Positions 12,498 through 22,501 of a stretch of DNA of 64,000 bases are shown in pieces. A program made the translations under genes and the position numbers. Origin of the DNA: Chiloscyllium plagiosum (taxonomy: Eukaryota). The number at the start of each line of letters is the position of its first letter. Position 1 is the first letter of the stretch. The notes beneath the pieces were generated by a model. The model had not been told where the DNA came from and did no database searches. It worked only from the letters and a program-made list of their open reading frames with translations. Where the stretch lies: the NCBI RefSeq assembly GCF_004010195.1, contig NC_057719.1, positions 50,457,008 to 50,521,007 of the forward strand, in the 5' to 3' direction.

Positions 12498-12826
12498 AGA
12501 ATCCCTACAGTGTGGAAGCATGCCATTTGGCCCATCAAGTCCATACCGATGCTCCAAAGAGCATCCCACCCGGACCCATTCCACGACACTATCCCTGTAA
12601 CCCTGCATTTCCCATGGCTAACCCACCAGCCTGCATCTCCCTAGCCTCTGTGGGCAATTTAGCATTGCCAACCCACCAAACCTGCACTTCTTTGGACTTT
12701 GGGAGGAAACCCATGCAGACATAGGGAAAATGTGTGAACTTCTAACAGACAGTCTCTTGATGGTGGAATTGAACCTGAGTCTGTGGCACTGTGAGGCAGC
12801 TGTGCTAACCAATGAGACACTGTGCC
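12498..12826 (-). mobile_element. HE1-type SINE (diverged)
   Basis: GGCAATTTAGCATTGCCAACCCACC...GAGGCAGCTGTGCTAACCA matches the other HE1 copies. Confidence 0.8.
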
Positions 12827-14709
12827 TCAGTGCTTCCTCTGGGCAAAGAAAAAGATGGCCTGCAAATGATGGCTTTGGATTGGGGCAAGGCAGATTTTAT
12901 TAAAATAAAACAGGATCTGGCTACAGAACACTGGGAATAGCTCCAAAAGTCTTCAGCAGAGGCATTCATAAAGGAGCTGGGGAGAGTACAGGTCCATCAT
13001 ATTCCCATATAAAGGGAAATGTAGGAGCAATAAGTTCAAAGAACCCTCAACGTCTAGGACAATTCAGGACTGGATAAAGAAGAAGATGTAGCAATTCAGC
13101 TACAGCCCTACAGGAATAACAAAGTGCAGCAGGGTACTTAAAACAATTAGAAGAGCAAAAATGGGGGCATTAGAAAGGACTTGTGAACAGAATTGAGGAG
13201 GAACCGAGATATTTTATAAAAACGTTAATGGGAAGAAGCTAACTCGGGAAAGTGTAGGAACCAAGATGGCACCCTGTTGTGTGAAGCTGATGTGTTGGTT
13301 GAATACCTCTCTTTGGTCTTCACTTTGGAAAAGGAGCACGTAGATAGGAAATTCAGGAAAAGGAACTGGGAGGAACTTGCACAGTTTGACATTGGAAATG
13401 GGACGGTGTTAGAGGCTCTGTCATGCCTAAAAACAGGTAAATCCCCTGGCCCAGAGGAATTGCATCCCAGGCTTCTGTGAGAGGTGTGGCAGGAAATTGC
13501 AGGGGCTCTGACACAAATTTTAAATTCCTCACTGGCCACAGGGAAACTTCCAGAAGATTGGACGATGGCTATTGTGGTTCCACCTTGTAAAGAGGTGGTA
13601 ATGAACCAGGAAATTACAGACCAGTGAGTCTAATGTCAGTTAGCATTTTTTGACGAGGGAAGTTCAGTTGATGTAGTTTGTGGATTTTAGCAAAGGATGT
13701 GGATGAAAGAAGTTTAATTGATGTAGTTTATGTGGATTTTAGCAAAGCTTTTGATAAGGTCCCACATAGAAGACTGATTGAAAAGGTTAAAGCACATGGA
13801 ATTGAGGGAAACTTGGCGAGATGGATCAGAACCTAGCTTAGTAATAGGACACGAAGGGTACTGGTCGAAGGCTTCATGACTTCCATGATGACCAAATCAC
13901 TGATGTTTCTATTTTACTTTTTAATTATGAATAGTCGCCAGTAAAACACCCATGCAGCCAAATAGATATTTATATCAAAGCATTTTATGGGCATTGCAAA
14001 CTATCAAAAGGGAGAGCATGGGTCTGCTTTATTATCACGATGCCACTGTCCTACTCCCCTCTCCCTGTCGGTCTTTCATTTTCCTTTTATATCTGCAAGT
14101 GTTATCACATAGGGCTGAATGGCTTTCCCACCACCAAATCACCATGATTGTTAACCATAATCACCCATTAGCCAACTATAAAGTGTTTATAGTTGTTTTC
14201 TCAAAATCACCATTACTACATCTTTTATCAACTGCCAACAGTAAAACACAGGAGCAGCCATTAGATATTTACATGCAAAGTCTGTTATGGGCAATGCAGG
14301 TCAGTTTATAGATATTTTTAATCAATCTGTTCAGACATGCTGTTAAACACCTCTGCAGCAGGTGGAACTTGAATGGCTTTCTCACCACCAAATCACCATG
14401 ACTTTTTTTTTCATTTTTAGTGATCAGTCACCAGATATTTAGAAGTTTACATGCAAACTGATCATGGGCAGTGCAAACCATCAAAACTGAGGGGGTGGGG
14501 AGATAGGGAGTGTATGGGAGAACAGGAAAGGACTTAACCAATCTGGTCTAGTGTATTTCTTGTTGGGTCCACTTAATTTATTTTTCATCAGTATGTTAAA
14601 ACATGATTTGACACGTGTGGAGTTGGAACGTGAATCCAGCTGTTCTGGCTTAGAGATGGGAACACTATCACCGTGCTTTAAGAACCCTCAGCTCTGCTTT
14701 ATTTTATCT

Positions 14710-14815
14710 TGCATCAACCTGTTCAGACATGTTATGACGCATGTCTATGGTTTGGGACTTGAACTCGAACCTCCTGGGTCAGATGTAGAGACTTATCGCT
14801 TTGTCACAAAAGCCT
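14710..14815 (-). mobile_element. tRNA-derived SINE-like module (best of four copies; others ~14310-14372, ~14580-14688, ~14845-14938)
   Basis: Reverse complement GGCTTTTGTGACAAAGCGATAAG...GAGTTCAAGTCCC (B-box-like) then CATAACATGTCTGAACAGGTTGAT and A-rich end into AAAGCAGA(C/G)C. Confidence 0.65.
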
Positions 14816-14975
14816 TTTAGGGTCTGCTAGATTTTATTTTACTCTTAATTATCCTGGTCAAGGATTTTCATGCCCACCTCTGGAGCAGGTGGAACATGAG
14901 CTGGGTCCTCTTGGTTCAGAGGTAGGGACACTACCAATGACAGTGAGTGACCATAAAATCAGAAAATATGAGAAA

Positions 14976-15057
14976 CGTAGTTTGCAGGACTCCAGACTGT
15001 GTTGGGAAACCTAAATGGATTTCAAATTCATTGCCTGAACCACTTGGTCATGCCTAT
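14976..15057 (-). pseudogene. tRNA-Ser(TGA) pseudogene
   Basis: Reverse complement ATAGGCATGACCAAGTGGTTCAGGCAATGAATTTGAAATCCATTTAGGTTTCCCAACACAGTCTGGAGTCCTGCAAACTACG is colinear (82 nt) with vertebrate tRNA-Ser(TGA) GTAGTCGTGGCCGAGTGGTTAAGGCG...ACTACG; B box decayed; no CCA. Confidence 0.8.
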
Positions 15058-15104
15058 AAGACACTAATTGAGGAATCTTCATATACACCAGGAATTCTTG
15101 CAAA

Positions 15105-15176
15105 TGTTTCTGCCTGGTTTTGAATCGGGGTCTCTTGCATGTGCAGTGATTATGATAACCACTTCACTCCAGAAAC
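15105..15176 (-). pseudogene. tRNA-Val (probably CAC) pseudogene
   Basis: Reverse complement GTTTCTGGAGTGAAGTGGTTATCATAATCACTGCACATGCAAGAGACCCCGATTCAAAACCAGGCAGAAACA aligns with tRNA-Val GTTTCCGTAGTGTAGTGGTTATCAC...GGCGGAAACA; CpG decay; no CCA. Confidence 0.8.
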
Positions 15177-16069
15177 GAGACGCTAGGGTCTGCTTTACGT
15201 TTTTTTCTCAATATCCAGAAGTGCTATTACACACAACTGAGTGACTTTCCCACCAACAAAATAATTTTATTTGTTTTATTTCTCTTTCAACTACCACAGT
15301 AATCACTTGTGTAGCCAATCTATGGTCTGCTTTACAAAGGGCTCAGGTGAGGAATTCAACTGGTCAGGTCATCGCCTCATCTGCCCAAGGGATCACCACC
15401 TCAACCAGCTCCATAAGGCGATTAATTTGTGATTTCCCATGGACCTTATAGGTGTTATGACAGAAACCATGTCTCCAGAGCACGAGCCTGGACATTAGAT
15501 CACCCATCTGTTGACATCTATCACAATATCACTCTTCCCCACTCACCAGCAGCCTTACAAATCTTTTATTCAAAACAAAGCTACTAATATCATCACCAAT
15601 AACAGTGAAAACTGTTTTGAATGAGTTTGCGAAAGTTATTTGGGATTACATTGCTATTCACATCATTGATTCCAGAAGTGAATTAAATGACAGTTAATGA
15701 ACTTGTAAAATTCCATACTACCTTTGAAAAGTTTGAAATTCCTGCTTCCATCATTCAAGGAGAAATCATTCTTTTTTAAAACATGTTTGCGAGTCTTAAA
15801 ATATGAAAGCAAAACTATTTATTGACACCAGCAACACCCAAGCAAAGTTCTTTCCTGAAATGAAATGTGGAAAACATTCTATATGTTTCTAATATTTTTA
15901 TTTCTGTACCACAAGATAAATTAAAATATTTATTTCTGATCATCCGCGTATTACAAGAGCTTCATAATATACAGTTTTTCAAGTTTTGTTGTACTTGTGT
16001 TATTGCATTCAAACATGAGAGAAGAGACCTTTAGAAAGCAATTCTGGTCTTTTGCTAATTTCAGTTATT

Positions 16070-16512
16070 GAAAAATATGTTGTTGGAAAAGCGCAGCAGG
16101 TCAGGCAGCATCCAAGGAGCAGGAGAATCAACGTTTCGGGCATAAGCCCTTCTTCAGGAATGAGGAAGGTGTGCCAAGCAGGCTAAGATAAAAGGTAGGG
16201 AGGAGGGACTTGGGGGAGGGGCGTTGGGAATGCGATAGGTGGAAGGAGGTTAAGGTGAGGGCCACCCCCTCTCCGGCCTATCACCCTCATCTTAACCTTC
16301 TTCCACCTATCGCATTCCCAGCGCCCCTCCCCCAAGTCCCTCCTCCCTACCTTTTATCTTAGCCTGCTTGGCACACCTTCCTCATTCCTGAAGAAGGGCT
16401 TATGCCCGAAACGTTGATTCTCCTGCTCCTTGGATGCTGCCTGACCTGCTGTGCTTTTCCAGCAACACATTTTTCAGCTCTGATCTCCAGCATCTGCAGT
16501 CCTCACTTTCTC
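16070..16512. mobile_element. Penelope pseudo-LTR fold-back (~190 bp arms) with 15 bp TSD and two hammerhead motifs
   Basis: 16070-16260 is the reverse complement of ~16285-16476; TSD CTAATTTCAGTTATT at 16055-16069 and 16513-16527; CTGAAGA...GAAAC at 16388-16412. Confidence 0.88.
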
Positions 16513-16789
16513 CTAATTTCAGTTATTTCCAATTTATGCAAATCAACATAACAAATTTGTTTATATTTTATTAATTGTAAGTACTATAGATTTCATGGTT
16601 TTGCTAGTTTTATTTAATTATGCATTGAAATTTCTAAAAGCATCTTAAAAGAAAGATGAATATTTTGAAAACCTTTTGCTGTTATTTGTATTTTATGAAC
16701 ATTGACTATTTTTGAATTAAGCTTTTATTATATGTGGCTCTTTTGCAAGAATTATGGTTTTAAATTTATTTATAATTATTTTACTTTAG

Positions 16790-16860
16790 CAGATGAGCAT
16801 CAAACAAAATCAAGTGGTCAGCAAACTCAAAAAGAAAGCAACCATAAATTACCAAAATGG
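16790..16860 (+). CDS. KIAA0586: KIAA0586 coding exon 2 (phase 1 to 0)
   Basis: T-rich acceptor TTTTACTTTAG|CAG (NAGNAG), donor TGG|GTAAGA, open frame ADEHQTKSSGQQTQKESNHKLPKW continuing exon 1; poorly conserved sequence. Confidence 0.65.
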
Positions 16861-17294
16861 GTAAGAAATTATTTCATAATCGATGAATTGAGTCTAGCAG
16901 TGAGCAGATTGTCTTCTGTCTGACATTGGTCGTGTGTACTGCACTTTCTTTGTTGAAGAACCTGTCATATTTCAATACAGGTTGGGAGTTGAAAATGTTT
17001 GTTCCTCTGGTGACCAATGGTGTTATGTAAAATTTCCTTATGCTGTACCAAAGCAGTTGCTTGTGTCTGCAAGGGAGACACAAGCATAGGGAGTCTGCAA
17101 GACTTTGTGCTTTAAGAGAAACTTAAACAATTCAGTTTAAATAATATTTGTATTGGGGAATGCAAGGCAGGAGTGGGTTGTATGTGCAAGGTTTAAAACT
17201 ACAATTCCAAAAAGTAATTTTTAAATATCTCAAGCTGGTCATCTAAATTTGTTGATACCAGTATAGCTTGGTTTGCTGGTTGAGAATTTATTAA

Positions 17295-19090
17295 GCAAAG
17301 AGGCAGTCTTTTCCCCAAGGTAGGGGAGTCCAAAACTAGAGGGCATAGGTTTACGGTGAGAGGGGAAAGATTTAAAAGTGACCTAAGGGTTAGCTCTTTT
17401 ACAAGGTGGGTGGTGTGTGAATGGAATGTGGCAGAGGAAGTGGTGGAGGCTAGTACAATTGCAACATTTAAAAGGCGTCTGGGTGGGTACACGAATAGAA
17501 AGGGTTTGGGGGGATCTGGGCCAATTTGTAGCAAATGGGGCTAGATTAATTTAAAATATCTGGTCGGTATGGACCAGTTGAACCAAAGGGCCTGTTTCCG
17601 TGCTGTATGTCTCTGTGACTCTATGACTGTGTAAAGGGTTAGTTCAAAACTGTTCAGAACCACTGAACTTAAAAACAAGCCAAAACAGTAAAGGAAAAGG
17701 TAAATGCATAAGTGAGCCAGAGTTGTTTGGCCTGCTCGTGATTTTGTATAGGTGCCCAAAGCAAATCCATTCCACTTACTTCTCTCTCTTTTGGAATTCA
17801 GGGGGAATTTTCAAGATAGAAGCTTGTAACAAGTGAAATGCCACAAGAATCGATGAGGCCACACCCGTTCACAATATATATTAATGAATTGGATGATGGA
17901 AGTGCATGTACTGCCAATTTGTTGATAGAAGTTGGGAAGGCAAATGGTGAGGATGACATTGCTCAGAGGGATATAGGCAGGTTAAATAAATTGGCACAAA
18001 CTTGGCTAGTGGAATACAATGTGGAAAAATGAGGTTATGCACTTTGACTGGAAGAAAAGAGGAGTTAAATGTCATTTGAATGGAGGAAGAACGTAGAAAG
18101 CTGCTGTATAGAGAGAATAGTGCATGAATCACATGGCAAATGGAATTCTGGTCTTTATTTCAAAGGAAATGGAATATAAATATAGGTGTCTTACTAAACT
18201 ACATAGAAGATACAACACAGACCACACCTTGAATAGTCTGAGCACTTTTAGTTCCCTTATCTCAGGAAAGAAATACTGACATTCTGAGGCAATTCAGGAA
18301 AGGTTCATGAGGTTGATCCCGAGTATGGAAGAATTTTCTTATGAGGAGGCTGAGAGTAGGTTAGGTGTGCAGTCATAAGAGTTTATGGGAATGAAAGGTG
18401 ACCTTATTGAAACATTATTGAAAATTCTTGGGAAACTTGACTCGGTGGATGTGGAGTGGGTTGTTTTCCCTTTATGGAAGTGTCTAGGATCAGAGGACAT
18501 AATCTCAGAGCAAAGCATCTCCCATTTAAGATAGAGATGAAGAAGATTTATTTTTCTTTGAGGGTAGTGAGTCTGTAACAAAGTCATAGCAGCAATGGAC
18601 TCAGAACAGAAACACTTACACCTTGTGCTTTGTGGCCATGACAGTTAGTTTTAGTCAGTGGATAACAGTATATGTAGTAAAGCAAAATCAGTGATTGCAG
18701 GTAAGATAATGGAGAAATGGAGAGGTACTGGACTGGGGAGCCTGGCTAAATCCCTAACTGGGGGAGCTGGGCCAATTTTACCAACAAGCAATTTTGAGGT
18801 AGGCGGTTAAGAAGTCAGTGATTTATAAAATTGAGAGGCATAGATAAGGTGAATAGCAAATATCCTTTCCTTGGAGTAGGGGAATTCAAAACTAGAGGTC
18901 ACAGTTTTAAGGTGAGGAGGAAAGATTTACAAGTGATCTTGTGTAGTTACAACATTGAAAAGACATTTGGACAGCTACATGAAAAGGAAAGGTTTACAGT
19001 GAGTTGGGCCAAACATAGGCTAGTGGGACTGGACAAGTTTGGGAACTGAGAAGGACCGAAGGATCTGTTCCGTGTTGTATGACTCTGAGA
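17295..19090 (+). mobile_element. Three CR1 3'/RT fragments (~17295-17630, ~17800-18580, ~18820-19090)
   Basis: KTRGHRFTVRGERFK-type tails and CTCTATGACT-like ends. Confidence 0.75.
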
Positions 19091-19789
19091 TGTGTGTGAA
19101 AATATGGAACAATGTAGCACCAAACACAACAATGGAAAGTCCTTTTTAGTAGTGAGTTTGTGAAATAAACATGCAGTGTTAGATGATATATTTCGCAAAA
19201 TCTGAGTGGACCAACCAAGTTATACAATTATATCAGACATGCCCTGATATACACAGTCTGTGCAGAAATGGCCAGGAGCTAAACCCCATGTCACTGAGTT
19301 TTTGGTGGAATTCCGAAAGTCTCTTCTCTAATAAGTGATTAAGCCTGCTCTACCTTTTCTGAGCATGTGAATGTCCTGTATGCAGGAAGAAGGGCATTCA
19401 TTAGGCTGAGATTTGAAAAGAATTTCAGTGAGCCTTTTGGAATTGCACAAAACCATTAGGAAGAGTTTTTATCCAGGAGGCATGGTACAATAGAAGAGAG
19501 AAGGGCAGAAAGAATGAAAATGTAGAAACCGAAGTAGGCTGTTTACAGCAAGGTAATTAATTAGCTCTTATTATGCAACATGAAATCTGAAATAGCCCTG
19601 AAACCTCGTTGGCTCCTCAATGCATGCTCCAGAAACTCAGCTCTTGTACATCCTGCGAATTGAACTCCCACAGCATTTATGCTGATATTATTAGCTAGTC
19701 TATGTGTAATTTGAAGGTGTATGTTAGTGCTATATTACCCATATTACATGCATTTCTAATTTCCTGATTTACACAGTTTTCAACGTTAT

Positions 19790-20410
19790 CAGATATTAAA
19801 GCAGAATTAGGCCATTCAGCCCGTCGTGTCTACTCTGCCATTTGATCATGGCTGATGTGTTTCTCAACTTCATTCTCCTGCCTTGATCCCCTTACCAATC
19901 AAGAACCTAACCTCTTCTGTCTTAAATACACTCAATAAATTGGCCTCCACAGCCCTCTGTGGCATTGAGTTCCACAGATTAATCACCCTCTGGCTGAAGA
20001 AATTCCTCCTCATCTGAATTCCAAAGGGTCATTCCTTCACTATGAACCTGTGCCCTCGGATCCACATCTCTCCTACTCATGGAAACCTTTCGTCCATGTC
20101 CACTCTATCCATGCCTCTTAGCATGCTGGAAGTTTCAATCCGATCCAGCCTCATCCTTCTAAACTCGAGTAAGTACAAACCCAGAGTCCTCAGCCGTTCC
20201 TCATAAGACAAGTCTTCAACCCTGTAATCATTCTTGAGAGTCTACTCATGACCCTCTACAATGCCAGTACATCCTTCCATAGATACTTGGTCCAAAATTG
20301 CTAACCATATTCCAAATGTGATCTGACCAGAGCTTTATACAGACTCAGCAGTACATTTCTGTTCTTGTTTTCTTGCCCTATTGAAATGAATGCTAACATT
20401 CTGGGTAATC
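19790..20410 (-). mobile_element. CR1 3' fragment
   Basis: GGCCATTCAGCCC...GAGTTCCACAGATT...CTGGCTGAAGAAATTCCTCCTC, reverse of a CR1 tail. Confidence 0.75.
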
Positions 20411-20607
20411 CAAGATGGAGGACGGGAAAAAGTTCTGGCTGAGGGAGCTGCTTTTTTTGAGGTATTTTAGGTGTTGGAGGTGATTTCCTCGAATTCCAGG
20501 AGCAGCAATTACTGCTTTATATGCTGTTGCGTTGTTTAGGAACTTTAGAAAAAAAAAGTCAAAACAACGCAGTTTAAAAGGGAGAAGAGCAGACAAAGGA
20601 AGCACAT

Positions 20608-21900
20608 AGAGTCAAAGAGTCATAGAGATGTACAGCATGGAAACAGACCCTTCGGTCCAACCCGTCCATGCCAACCAGATATCCCAACCCAATCTAGTCC
20701 CACCTGCCAGCACCCGGCCCATATCCCTCCAAACCCTTCCTATTCATATACCCATCCAAATGCCTCTTAAATGTTGCAATTGTATCACCCTCCAGCACAT
20801 CCTCTGGCAGCTCATTCCATACACGTACCACCCTCTGTGTGAAAACGTTGCCCCTTAGGTCTCTTTTATATCTTTCCTCTCTCACCCTAAATCTATGCCC
20901 TCTAGTTCGGGACTCCCCCACCCCAGGGAAAAGGCTTCGCCTATGTATCCTATCCATACCCCTCATAATTTTGTAAACCTCTATAAGGTCACCCCTCAGC
21001 CTCCGACGCTACAGGGAAAACAGCCCCAGCCTGTTCAGCCTCTCCCTGTAGCTCAGATCCTACAACCCTGGCAACATCCTTGTAAATCTTTTCTGAACCC
21101 TTTCAAGTTTCACAATATCTTTCTGATAGGAAGGAGACCAGAATTGCATGCAATATTCCAACAGTGGCCTGTCAACCACTGAGGTCAGGCTCACTGGTCT
21201 ATAGTTCCCTGGCTTGTCTTTACCGCCCTTCTTAAACAGTGGCACCACGTTAGTCAACCTCCAGTCTTCCAACACCTCACCTGTGACTATTGATGATACA
21301 AATACCTCAGCAAGAGGCCCAGCAATCATTTCTCTAGCTTCCCACAGAGTTTTCGGGTACACCTGATCAGGTCCTGGGGATTTATCCACTTTTAACCGTT
21401 TCAAGACATCCAGCACTTCCTCCTCTGTAATCTGGACATTTTGCAAGATGTCACCATCTATTTCCCTATAGTCTGTATCTTCCATATAATTTTTCACAGT
21501 AAATACTGATGCAAACTATTCATTTAGTATCTCCCCCATTTTCTGTGGCTTCACACAAAGGCTGCCTTGCTGAACTTTGAGGGGCCCTATTCTCTCCCTA
21601 GTTACCCTTTTGTCTCTGGATTCTTGTTATCTCATTTCTGAAGGCTTCCCATTTTCCAGCCGTCCCTTTACCTGCGAACATCTGCCTCCAATCAGCTTTT
21701 GAAAGTTCTTGTCTAATAGCATCAAAATTGGCCTTTCTCCAATTTAGAACTTCAACTTTTAGATGTGGTCTATCCTTTTCCATCACTATTTTAAAACGAA
21801 TAGAGTTATAGTCGCTGGCCCCAAAGTGCTCCCCCACTGACACCTCAGTCACCTGCTCTGCCTTATTTCCCAAGAGCAGGTCAAGTTTTGCACCTTCTCA
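20608..21900 (-). mobile_element. Internally deleted CR1 copy inserted in antisense within the 5' UTR of the element above
   Basis: 3' tail at 20608-21170, KSPGPDQVYPK/NYRPVSLTSVV at 21170-21500, EN part 21610-21900 nearly identical to the reverse complement of ~23940-24220. Confidence 0.85.
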
Positions 21901-22301
21901 CCATGTGCAGTGCAGGAGAGAGAGAGAGAGAGAGAACCATCTTGGTTATCGCCTTTGCTGTTTGAATTCGTGTATCGTTGGACATCGGAGTGCATCTGGG
22001 AAAATTAACAAACAGTGAAATTCACAACTAATCTTGGAGTAACTGTTGGGCGAAGTTCACAGCACAGAATCAGATAAGTTAATTGTTGTTTTAAGTCTGT
22101 CCAAGAGAAAGGCTGTAGTAGTGAGTATAGTGGTTTCTTTCTTGATTATATGTTTTTTGGAGATAAGTCTCTTGATTAAACTTAAATTATAAGCCATAGC
22201 TATTTATTTAACCTGGGGCAGAGTTTGTAGTTGAATAAGACGGTGTTATTTTCTCGGTCTGTAGATTGTGAAGGTGCAAAAATGGCCTTTGCAGTGACAT
22301 G

Positions 22302-22501
22302 GCAGCATCCAAGGAGCAGGAGAATCGACGTTTCGGGCATGAGCCTTTCTTCAGGAAAGAAGGGCTCCTGAAGATTTCCTGAAGAAGGGCTCATGCCCGA
22401 AACGTCGATTCTCCTGCTCCTTGGATGCTGCCTGACCTGCTGCGCTTTTTCAGCAACACATTTTCAGCTCTGATCTCCAGCATCTGCAGTCCTCACTTTC
22501 T
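22302..22501. mobile_element. Penelope pseudo-LTR inverted pair with 16 bp TSD and hammerhead motif
   Basis: TSD CCTTTGCAGTGA(C/T)ATG at 22286-22301 and 22502-22517; CTGAAGA-AGGGCTCATGCCC-GAAACGTC at 22379-22406. Confidence 0.85.

Larger units (their letters stand above)
11090..13875 (+). mobile_element. Old CR1 LINE (APE endonuclease to RT), fragmented
   Basis: VAITETW, GVA-LIKE, G(N)FNFPNI-W, LKTGKSPGPEELHPRLL, VYVDFSKAFDKVPH; interrupted by a MITE and an HE1 SINE. Confidence 0.8.
13876..15335 (-). repeat. Mosaic head-to-tail array of short modules joined by GGTCTGCT(TTA) linkers
   Basis: Linker at 14021, 14821, 15187, 15324 (exact GGTCTGCT) and 14070, 14299, 14566, 14691 (degenerate); three recurrent module types plus two tRNA copies. 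Confidence 0.75.

Noticed and set aside
14976..15176. Functional tRNA genes
   Set aside because: Many substitutions in stems and B boxes (no intact GGTTCGA); called pseudogenes.
13876..15335. CRISPR array
   Set aside because: Eukaryotic intron, linker only ~8-11 nt and degenerate, units variable in length and recurrent, no cas genes; the likeness is architectural only.
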